Source: Entomortierella parvispora E1425 (Eukaryota > Fungi > Mortierellomycota). Taken from it: a stretch of 64,000 nucleotides of DNA. Below the pieces are notes generated by a model that saw only the letters and a list, made by a program, of their open reading frames with translations, was not told the DNA's origin and made no database searches. Positions 23,701 through 35,700 of the stretch are shown here, piece by piece. Where the stretch lies: assembly GCA_020891255.1 (NCBI GenBank), contig BQFW01000004.1, positions 930,001 to 994,000 on the forward strand, in the 5' to 3' direction. The translations under genes were made by a program, and so were the position numbers. Positions within the stretch are counted from its first letter, which is position 1, and each line of letters starts with the position of its first letter.

Positions 23701-26700
23701 ACCAGTGGCAAGACGACGGAACCAGGAAGATCCCTTGGAAACGGCAGGCTTGGCAACGACACCAGTCTCCTTGGTAATGACGGTCTCCTTGGCACCCTCC
23801 TCGACGATGACATCCTCCTTGGTGGTGTGCTCGAGAACAACCTCCTCGGTGGTGGTGACAGTGGAGGTGTGCTTCTCGATCTCGACCTGCTCGTCCTTCT
23901 TCTCAACAGTCTCCTCACGGACAACCTCGGTGGTAATAGCGGTCTCATCCACGATCTCCTCAATCTCCTCGGTCTCCTCGAAGGTTTCGTAGGTCTTCAC
24001 TTCATAGGTGAAGGAATCGTTGACGGCAGTCTCGCGCTCAGTCCACTCAACTCCGAACTTGTCTTGGTAGGTAACCTGGAAAGCAGTCTTGGCCTCCTCG
24101 ATGGTCTTGTGGGGTCCCTCAAGCTTGTAGTCAGTCTCGCCCCAGCGGACGTAGACATAGTAAACGCTCTCGGTGCTGTTGTACAACAACTGGGTAATGT
24201 AGGTAACGCCAGTCGACTTCTCGGTCAAGACGGCATCGTACACCTCGTCGTCGTAGTAGACATAGGAGGTCTTGGCAATGGGGCAGACCTTGTCAACATG
24301 GGCCTTGCGGGTGGTAAGGACCTGGACAGTGCGCTTCCAGACGCCATCGACCTGAGTCAAGGCACCAACAGCAGCAACTCCAGCACCAGTGGCAAGACGA
24401 CGGAACCAGGAAGATCCCTTGGAAACGGCGGGCTTGGCAACGACACCGGTCTCCTTGGTAATGACGGTCTCCTTGGCACCCTCCTCGACGATGACATCCT
24501 CCTTGTTGGTATGCTCGAGAACAACCTCCTCGGTGGTGGTGGCAGTGGAGGTGTGCTTCTCCACCTCAACCTGCTCGTCCTTCTTCTGAACAGTCTCCTC
24601 GCGGACAACCTCGGTGGTGATGGCAGTCTCGTCGACAACCTCTTCAATCTCCTCGGTCTCCTCGAAGGTCTCGTAAGTCTTGACCTCATATGTGAAAGAA
24701 TCTAGTTGTAAAAATTGAAAAAAAATTAGGCAACATTATCAGATAAGGTATTTCTGTACTCGTCTCTAATTATCTTACCATTGACGGCAGTCTCGCGCTC
24801 AGTCCACTGGACACCGAACTTGTCGTGGTAAGTAACCTGGAAAGCGGATTTGGCCTCCTCGATGGTCTTGTGGGGTCCCTCAAGCTTGTAGTCAGTCTCG
24901 CCCCAGCGGACGTAGACGTAGTAAACGCTCTCGGTGCTGTTGTACAACAACTGGGTAATGTAGGTAACGCCAGTCGACTTCTCGGTCAGGACGGCATCAT
25001 ACACCTCGTCGTCGTAGTAGACATAGGAGGTCTTGGCAATGGGGCAGACCTTGTCAACATGGGCCTTGCGGGTGGTAAGGACCTGGACAGTGCGCTTCCA
25101 GACGCCATCGACCTGAGTCAAGGCACCAGCAGCAGCAACTCCAGCACCAGTGGCAAGACGACGGAACCAGGAAGATCCCTTGGAAACGGCAGGCTTGGCA
25201 ACGACACCAGTCTCCTTGGTAATGACGGTCTCCTTGGCACCCTCCTCGACGATGACATCCTCCTTGGTGGTATGCTCGAGAACAACCTCCTCGGTGGTGG
25301 TGACAGTGGAGGTGTGCTTCTCGACCTCGACCTGCTCGTCCTTCTTCTCAACAATCTCCTCGCGGGCAACCTCGGTGGTGATGGCAGTCTCGTCGACAAT
25401 CTCTTCAATCTCCTCAGTCTCCTCGAAGGTCTCGTAGGTCTTCACTTCATAGGTGAAGGAATCGTTGACGGCAGTCTCGCGCTCAGTCCACTCAACTCCG
25501 AACTTGTCATGGTAAGTAACCTGGAAAGCAGACTTGGCCTCCTCGATGGTCTTGTGGGGTCCCTCAAGCTTGTAGTCAGTCTCGCCCCAGCGGACGTAGA
25601 CGTAGTAAACGCTCTCGGTGCTGTTGTACAACAACTGGGTAATGTAGGTAACGCCAGTCGACTTCTCGGTCAGGACGGCATCATACACCTCGTCGTCGTA
25701 GTAGACATAGGAGGTCTTGGCAATGGGGCAGACCTTGTCAACATGGGCCTTGCGGATGGTAAGGACCTGGACAGTGCGCTTCCAGACGCCATCGACCTGA
25801 GTCAAGGCACCAGCAGCAGCAACTCCAGCACCAGTGGCAAGACGACGGAACCAGGAAGATCCCTTGGAAACGGCAGGCTTGGCAACGACACCAGTCTCCT
25901 TGGTAATGACGGTCTCCTTGGCACCCTCCTCGACGATGACATCCTCCTTGTTGGTATGCTCGAGAACAACCTCCTCGGTGGTGGTGGCAGTGGAGGTGTG
26001 CTTCTCGACCTCAACCTGATCATCCTTCTTCTCAACAGTCTCCTCACGGACAACCTCGGTGGTGATGGCAGTCTCATCCACGATCTCCTCAATTTCCTCA
26101 GTCTCCTCGAAGGTCTCGTAAGTCTTGACCTCATAAGTGAAGGAATCTAGTTATAAAAAGAGAAATTAATAAGGACAATCCATGGCAAGCAGGCCGATTT
26201 GAGTGTTCGTCTGTATTGCTCTTACCATTGACAGCAGTCTCGCGCTCAGTCCACTCAACTCCGAACTTGTCATGGTAAGTAACCTGGAAAGCAGACTTGG
26301 CCTCCTCAATGGTCTTGTGGGGTCCCTCGAGCTTGTAGTCAGTCTCGCCCCAGCGGACGTAGACATAGTAAACGCTCTCGGTGCTGTTGTACAACAACTG
26401 GGTAATGTAGGTAACGCCAGTCGACTTCTCGGTCAAGACGGCATCGTACACCTCGTCGTCGTAGTAGACATAGGAGGTCTTGGCAATGGGGCAGACCTTG
26501 TCAACATGGGCCTTGCGGATGGTAAGGACCTGGACAGTGCGCTTCCAGACGCCATCGACCTGAGTCAAGGCACCAACAGCAGCAACTCCAGCACCAGTGG
26601 CAAGACGACGGAACCAGGAAGATCCCTTGGAAACGGCGGGCTTGGCAACGACACCGGTCTCCTTGGTAATGACGGTCTCCTTGGCACCCTCCTCGACGAT

Positions 26701-29700
26701 GACATCCTCCTTGTTGGTATGCTCGAGAACAACCTCCTCGGTGGTGGTGGCAGTGGAGGTGTGCTTCTCCACCTCAACCTGCTCGTCCTTCTTCTGAACA
26801 GTCTCCTCGCGGACAACCTCGGTGGTGATGGCAGTCTCGTCGACAACCTCTTCAATCTCCTCGGTCTCCTCGAAGGTCTCGTAAGTCTTGACCTCATATG
26901 TGAAAGAATCTAGTTGTAAAAATTGAAAAAAAATTAGGCAACATTATCAGATAAGGTATTTCTGTACTCGTCTCTAATTATCTTACCATTGACGGCAGTC
27001 TCGCGCTCAGTCCACTGGACACCGAACTTGTCGTGGTAAGTAACCTGGAAAGCGGATTTGGCCTCCTCGATGGTCTTGTGGGGTCCCTCAAGCTTGTAGT
27101 CAGTCTCGCCCCAGCGGACGTAGACGTAGTAAACGCTCTCGGTGCTGTTGTACAACAACTGGGTAATGTAGGTAACGCCAGTCGACTTCTCGGTCAAGAC
27201 GGCATCATACACCTCGTCGTCGTAGTAGACATAGGAGGTCTTGGCAATGGGGCAGACCTTGTCAACATGGGCCTTGCGGGTGGTAAGGACCTGGACAGTG
27301 CGCTTCCAGACGCCATCGACCTGAGTCAAGGCACCAGCAGCAGCAACTCCAGCACCAGTGGCAAGACGACGGAACCAGGAAGATCCCTTGGAAACGGCAG
27401 GCTTGGCAACGACACCAGTCTCCTTGGTAATGACGGTCTCCTTGGCACCCTCCTCGACGATGACATCCTCCTTGGTGGTATGCTCGAGAACAACCTCCTC
27501 GGTGGTGGTGACAGTGGAGGTGTGCTTCTCGACCTCGATCTGCTCGTCCTTCTTCTCAACAATCTCCTCGCGGGCAACCTCGGTGGTGATGGCAGTCTCG
27601 TCGACAATCTCTTCAATCTCCTCAGTCTCCTCGAAGGTCTCGTAGGTCTTCACTTCATAGGTGAAGGAATCGTTGACGGCAGTCTCGCGCTCAGTCCACT
27701 CAACTCCGAACTTGTCATGGTAAGTAACCTGGAAAGCAGACTTGGCCTCCTCGATGGTCTTGTGGGGTCCCTCAAGCTTGTAGTCAGTCTCGCCCCAGCG
27801 GACGTAGACGTAGTAAACGCTCTCGGTGCTGTTGTACAACAACTGGGTAATGTAGGTAACGCCAGTCGACTTCTCGGTCAAGACGGCATCATACACCTCG
27901 TCGTCGTAGTAGACATAGGAGGTCTTGGCAATGGGGCAGACCTTGTCAACATGGGCCTTGCGGATGGTAAGGACCTGGACAGTGCGCTTCCAGACGCCAT
28001 CGACCTGAGTCAAGGCACCAGCAGCAGCAACTCCAGCACCAGTGGCAAGGCGACGGAACCAGGAAGATCCCTTGGAAACGGCAGGCTTGGCAACGACACC
28101 AGTCTCCTTGGTAATGACGGTCTCCTTGGCACCCTCCTCGACGATGACATCCTCCTTGGTGGTATGCTCGAGAACAACCTCCTCGGTGGTGGTGGCAGTG
28201 GAGGTGTGCTTCTCGACCTCAACCTGATCATCCTTCTTCTCAACAATCTCCTCGCGGGCAACCTCGGTGGTGATGGCAGTCTCATCCACGATTTCCTCAA
28301 TTTCCTCAGTCTCCTCGAAGGTCTCGTAAGTCTTGACCTCATAGGTGAAGGAATCTAGTTATAAAAAGAGAAATTAATAAGGAAAATTCATGGCAAGCAG
28401 GCCGATTTGAGTGTTCGTCTGTATTGCTCTTACCATTGACAGCAGTCTCGCGCTCAGTCCACTCAACTCCGAACTTGTCATGGTAAGTAACCTGGAAAGC
28501 AGTCTTGGCCTCCTCAATGGTCTTGTGGGGTCCTTCGAGCTTGTAGTCAGTCTCGCCCCAGCGGACGTAGACGTAGTAAACGCTCTCGGTGCTGTTGTAC
28601 AACAACTGGGTAATGTAGGTAACGCCAGTCGACTTCTCGGTCAAGACGGCATCATACACCTCGTCGTCGTAGTAGACATAGGAGGTCTTGGCAATGGGGC
28701 AGACCTTGTCAACATGGGCCTTGCGGGTGGTAAGGACCTGGACAGTGCGCTTCCAGACGCCATCGACCTGAGTCAAGGCACCAGCAGCAGCAACTCCAGC
28801 ACCAGTGGCAAGACGACGGAACCAGGAAGATCCCTTGGAAACGGCAGGCTTGGCAACGACACCAGTCTCCTTGGTAATGACGGTCTCCTTGGCACCCTCC
28901 TCGACGATGACATTCTCCTTGGTGGTGTGCTCGAGAACAACCTCCTCGGTGGTGGTGACAGTGGAGGTGTGCTTCTCGACCTCGACCTGCTCGTCCTTCT
29001 TCTCAACAGTCTCCTCACGGACAACCTCGGTGGTAATAGCGGTCTCATCCACGATCTCCTCAATTTCCTCAGTCTCTTCGAAGGTCTCGTAGGTCTTGAC
29101 CTCATATGTGAAAGAATCTAGTTGTAAAAATTGAAAAAAATTAGGCAACATTATCAGATAAGGTATTTCTGTACTCGTCTCTAATTATCTTACCATTGAC
29201 GGCAGTCTCGCGCTCAGTCCACTGGACACCGAACTTGTCATGGTAAGTAACTTGGAAAGCAGTCTTGGCCTCCTCAATGGTCTTGTGGGGTCCCTCGAGC
29301 TTGTAGTCAGTCTCGCCCCAGCGGACGTAGACGTAGTAAACGCTCTCGGTGCTGTTGTACAACAACTGGGTAATGTAGGTAACGCCAGTCGACTTCTCGG
29401 TCAGGACGGCATCATACACCTCGTCGTCGTAGTAAACATAGGAGGTCTTGGCAATGGGGCAGACCTTGTCAACATGGGCCTTGCGGGTGGTAAGGACCTG
29501 GACAGTGCGCTTCCAGACGCCATCGACCTGAGTCAAGGCACCAACAGCAGCAATTCCAGCACCAGTGGCAAGACGACGGAACCAGGAAGATCCCTTGGAA
29601 ACGGCAGGCTTGGTAACGACACCAGTCTCCTTGGTAATGACGGTCTCCTTGGCACCCTCCTCGACGATGACATCCTCCTTGGTGGTATGCTCGAGAACAA

Positions 29701-32700
29701 CCTCCTCGGTGGTGGTGGCAGTGGAGGTGTGCTTCTCGACCTCGACCTGCTCGTCCTTCTTCTCAACAATCTCCTCGCGGGCAACCTCGGTGGTGATGGC
29801 AGTCTCATCGACGACCTCTTCAATCTCCTCGGTCTCCTCGAAGGTCTCGTAAGTCTTGACCTCATAGGTGAAGGAATCTAGTTATAAAAAGAGAAATTAA
29901 TAAGGATAATTCATGGCAAGCAGGCCGATTTGAGTGCTCGTCTGTATTGCTCTTACCATTGACAGCAGTCTCGCGCTCAGTCCACTCAACTCCGAACTTG
30001 TCATGGTAAGTAACCTGGAAAGCAGTCTTGGCCTCCTCAATGGTCTTGTGGGGTCCTTCGAGCTTGTAGTCAGTCTCGCCCCAGCGGACGTAGACATAGT
30101 AAACGCTCTCGGTGCTGTTGTACAACAACTGGGTAATGTAGGTAACGCCAGTCGACTTCTCAGTCAAAACAGCATCGTACACCTCATCGTCGTAGTAGAC
30201 ATAGGAGGTCTTGGCAATGGGGCAGACCTTGTCAACATGGGCCTTGCGGGTGGTAAGGACCTGGACAGTGCGCTTCCAGACGCCATCGACCTGAGTCAAG
30301 GCACCAACAGCAGCAACTCCAGCACCAGTGGCAAGACGACGGAACCAGGAAGATCCCTTGGAAACGGCGGGCTTGGCAACGACACCAGTCTCCTTGGTAA
30401 TGACGGTCTCCTTGGCACCCTCCTCGACGATGACATCCTCCTTGGTGGTGTGCTCGAGAACGACCTCCTGGGTGGTGGTAGTGGTAGAGGTGTGCTTCTC
30501 GACCTCAACCTGATCATCCTTCTTCTCAACAATCTCCTCGCGGGCAACCTCGGTGGTGATGGCAGTCTCGTCGACAACCTCTTCAATCTCCTCGGTCTCC
30601 TCGAAGGTCTCGTAAGTCTTGACCTCATAGGTGAAGGAATCTAGTCATAAAAAGAGAAATTAATAAGGAAAGTTCATGGCAAGCAGCCGATTTGAGTGCT
30701 CGTCTGTATTGTTCTTACCATTGACAGCAGTCTCGCGCTCAGTCCACTCAACTCCGAACTTGTCATGGTAAGTGACCTGGAAAGCAGTCTTGGCCTCCTC
30801 GATGGTCTTGTGGGGTCCCTCGAGCTTGTAGTCAGTCTCGCCCCAGCGGACGTAGACATAGTAAACGCTCTCGGTGCTGTTGTACAACAACTGGGTAATG
30901 TAGGTAACGCCAGTCGACTTCTCGGTCAGGACGGCATCATACACCTCGTCGTCGTAGTAGACATAGGAGGTCTTGGCAATGGGGCAGACCTTGTCAACAT
31001 GGGCCTTGCGGGTGGTAAGGACCTGGACAGTGCGCTTCCAGACGCCATCGACCTGAGTCAAGGCACCAGCAGCAGCAACTCCAGCACCAGTGGCAAGACG
31101 ACGGAACCAGGAAGATCCCTTGGAAACGGCAGGCTTGGCAACGACACCAGTCTCCTTGGTAATGACGGTCTCCTTGGCACCCTCCTCGACGATGACATTC
31201 TCCTTGGTGGTGTGCTCGAGAACAACCTCCTCGGTGGTGGTGACAGTGGAGGTGTGCTTCTCGACCTCGACCTGCTCGTCCTTCTTCTCAACAGTCTCCT
31301 CACGGACAACCTCGGTGGTAATAGCGGTCTCATCCACGATCTCCTCAATTTCCTCAGTCTCTTCGAAGGTCTCGTAGGTCTTGACCTCATATGTGAAAGA
31401 ATCTAGTTGTAAAAATTGAAAAAAATTAGGCAACATTATCAGATAAGGTATTTCTGTACTCGTCTCTAATTATCTTACCATTGACGGCAGTCTCGCGCTC
31501 AGTCCACTGGACACCGAACTTGTCATGGTAAGTAACTTGGAAAGCAGTCTTGGCCTCCTCAATGGTCTTGTGGGGTCCCTCGAGCTTGTAGTCAGTCTCG
31601 CCCCAGCGGACGTAGACATAGTAAACGCTCTCGGTGCTGTTGTACAACAACTGGGTAATATAGGTAACGCCAGTCGACTTCTCGGTCAAGACGGCATCGT
31701 ACACCTCGTCGTCGTAGTAGACATAGGAGGTCTTGGCAATGGGGCACACCTTGTCGACGTGAGCCTTGCGGGTAGTAAGAACCTGGACAGTGCGCTTCCA
31801 GACGCCATCGACCTGAGTCAAGGCACCCACTGCAGCAACACCAGCGCCAGTGGCAAGGCGGCGGAACCAGGAAGATCCCTTGGAAACAGCGGGCTTGGTC
31901 ACAACACCACCCTCCTTGACCACAACCTGCTCAGTGGTCGTGACATCTGCAATAGCTTGCTGCTCCTTCTTCAGCTCCTCAACCTTGGACTCTTCGACGA
32001 CCTCCTCAATCTCCTCGGTCTCCTCGAAGGTCTCGTAAGTCTTGACCTCATAGGTGAAGGAATTGTTCATAGCAGTTTCACGCTCAGTCCACTCAACTCC
32101 GAACTTGTCATGGTAAGTAACTTGGAAAGCAGTCTTCGCCTCCTCGATGGTCTTGTGAGGTCCCTCGAGCTTGTAGTCAGTCTCGCCCCAGCGGACGTAG
32201 ACGTAGTAAACGCTCTCGGTGCTGTTGTACAACAACTGGGTAATGTAGGTAACGCCAGTCGACTTCTCGGTCAGGACGGCATCGTACACCTCGTCGTCGT
32301 AGTAGACATAGGAGGTCTTGGCAATGGGGCAGACCTTGTCAACATGGGCCTTGCGGGTGGTAAGGACCTGGACAGTGCGCTTCCAGACGCCATCGACCTG
32401 AGTCAAGGCACCAACAGCAGCAACTCCAGCACCAGTGGCAAGACGACGGAACCAGGAAGATCCCTTGGAAACGGCAGGCTTGGCAACGACACCAGTCTCC
32501 TTGGTAATGACGGTCTCCTTGGCACCCTCCTCGACGATGACATCCTCCTTGGTGGTATGCTCGAGAACAACCTCCTCGGTGGTGGTGGCAGTGGAGGGGT
32601 GCTTCTCGACCTCGACCTGCTCGTCCTTCTTCTCAACAGTCTCCTCGCGGACAACCTCGGTAGTGATGGCAGTCTCGTCGACAACCTCTTCAATCTCCTC

Positions 32701-35700
32701 GGTCTCCTCGAAGGTCTCGTAAGTCTTGACCTCATAAGTGAAGGAATCTAGTCATAAAAAGAGAAATTAATAAGGAGAAATCATGGCAAGAAACCGATTT
32801 GAGTACTCGTCTGTATTGCTCTTACCATTGACAGCAGTCTCGCGCTCAGTCCACTGGACACCAAACTTGTCATGGTAAGTAACTTGGAAAGCAGTCTTGG
32901 CCTCCTCAATGGTCTTGTGAGGTCCCTCGAGCTTGTAGTCAGTCTCGCCCCAGCGGACGTAGACGTAGTAAACGCTCTCGGTGCTGTTGTACAACAACTG
33001 GGTAATGTAGGTAACGCCAGTCGACTTCTCGGTCAAGACGGCATCGTACACCTCGTCGTCGTAGTAGACATAGGAGGTCTTGGCAATGGGGCAGACCTTG
33101 TCGACGTGAGCCTTACGAGTAGTAAGAACCTGGACAGTGCGCTTCCAGACACCATCGACCTGAGTGAAGGCACCCACTGCAGCAACACCAGCGCCAGTAG
33201 CAAGGCGGCGGAACCAGGAAGATCCCTTGGAAACAGCGGGCTTGGTCACCACACCACCCTCCTTAACCACAACCTTCTCAGTGGTCTTGACATCTGCAGT
33301 AGCCTGCTGCTCCTTCTTCAGCTCCTCAACCTTGGACTCTTCGACGACCTCCTCAATCTCCTCGGTCTCCTCGAAGGTCTCGTATGTCTTGACCTCATAG
33401 GTGAAGGAATCGTTCACAGCAGTTTCACGCTCAGTCCACTCAACTCCGAACTTGTCATGGTAAGTAACCTGGAAAGCAGACTTGGCCTCCTCAATGGTCT
33501 TGTGGGGTCCCTCAAGCTTGTAGTCAGTCTCGCCCCAGCGGACGTAGACGTAGTAAACGCTCTCGGTGCTGTTGTACAACAACTGGGTAATGTAGGTAAC
33601 GCCAGTCGACTTCTCGGTCAGGACGGCATCATACACCTCGTCGTCGTAGTAGACATAGGAGGTCTTGGCAATGGGGCAGACCTTGTCAACATGGGCCTTG
33701 CGCGTGGTAAGGACCTGGACAGTGCGCTTCCAGACGCCATCGACCTGAGTCAAGGCACCAACAGCAGCAACTCCAGCACCAGTGGCAAGACGACGGAACC
33801 AGGAAGATCCCTTGGAAACGGCAGGCTTGGCAACGACACCAGTCTCCTTGGTAATGACGGTCTCCTTGGCACCCTCCTCGACGATCACATCCTCCTTGGT
33901 GGTATGCTCGAGAACAACCTCCTCGGTGGTGGTGGCAGTGGAGGGGTGCTTCTCCACCTCAACCTGCTCGTCCTTCTTCTCAACAGTCTCCTCGTCGACA
34001 ATTTCCTCGATCTCCTCGGTTTCCTCGAAGGTCTCGTAGGTCTTGACCTCATAGGTGAATGAATCGTTGACGGCAGTCTCGCGCTCAGTCCACTGGACAC
34101 CGAACTTGTCATGGTAAGTAACCTGGAAAGCAGACTTGGCCTCCTCAATGGTCTTGTGGGGTCCCTCGAGCTTGTAGTCAGTCTCGCCCCAGCGGACGTA
34201 GACGTAGTAAACGCTCTCGGTGCTGTTGTACAACAACTGGGTAATGTAGGTAACGCCAGTCGACTTCTCGGTCAGGACGGCATCGTACACCTCGTCGTCG
34301 TAGTAGACATAGGAGGTCTTGGCAATGGGGCAGACCTTGTCAACATGGGCCTTGCGGGTGGTAAGGACCTGGACAGTGCGCTTCCAGACGCCATCGACCT
34401 GAGTCAAGGCACCAGCAGCAGCAACTCCAGCACCAGTGGCAAGACGACGGAACCAGGAAGATCCCTTGGAAACGGCAGGCTTGGCAACGACACCAGTCTC
34501 CTTGGTAATGACGGTCTCCTTGGCACCCTCCTCGACGAGGACATCCTCCTTGGTGGTATGCTCGAGAACAACTTCCTCGGTGGTGGTGGCAGTGGAGGTG
34601 TGCTTCTCGACCTCAACCTGATCATCCTTCTTCTCAACAATCTCCTCGCGGGCAACCTCGGTGGTGATGGCAGTCTCGTCGACAACCTCTTCAATCTCCT
34701 CGGTCTCCTCGAAGGTCTCGTAAGTCTTGACCTCATAGGTGAAGGAATCTAGTTATAAAAAGAGAAATTAATAAGGAGAAATCATGGCAAGCAGCCGATT
34801 TGAGTGCTCGTCTGTATTGTTCTTACCATTGACAGCAGTCTCGCGCTCAGTCCACTCAACTCCGAACTTGTCATGGTAAGTGTCCTGGAAAGCAGTCTTG
34901 GCCTCCTCGATGGTCTTGTGGGGTCCCTCGAGCTTGTAGTCAGTCTCGCCCCAGCGGACGTAGACATAGTAAACGCTCTCGGTGCTGTTGTACAACAACT
35001 GGGTAATGTAGGTAACGCCAGTCGACTTCTCGGTCAAGACGGCATCATACACCTCATCGTCGTAGTAGACATAGGAGGTCTTGGCAATGGGGCAGACCTT
35101 GTCAACATGGGCCTTGCGGGTGGTAAGGACCTGGACAGTGCGCTTCCAGACGCCATCGACCTGAGTCAAGGCACCAGCAGCAGCAACTCCAGCACCAGTG
35201 GCAAGGCGACGGAACCAGGAAGATCCCTTGGAAACGGCAGGCTTGGCAACGACACCAGTCTCCTTGGTAATGACGGTCTCCTTGGCACCCTCCTCGACGA
35301 TGACATTCTCCTTGGTGGTGTGCTCGAGAACAACCTCCTCGGTGGTGGTGGCAGTGGAGGTGTGCTTCTCGACCTCGACCTGCTCGTCCTTCTTCTCAAC
35401 AGTCTCCTCACGGACAACCTCGGTGGTAATAGCGGTCTCATCCACGATCTCCTCAATTTCCTCAGTCTCTTCGAAGGTCTCGTAGGTCTTGACCTCATAT
35501 GTGAAAGAATCTAGTTGTAAAAATTGAAAAAAATTAGGCAACATTATCAGATAAGGTATTTCTGTACTCGTCTCTAATTATCTTACCATTGACGGCAGTC
35601 TCGCGCTCAGTCCACTGGACACCGAACTTGTCATGGTAAGTAACTTGGAAAGCAGTCTTGGCCTCCTCAATGGTCTTGTGGGGTCCCTCGAGCTTGTAGT

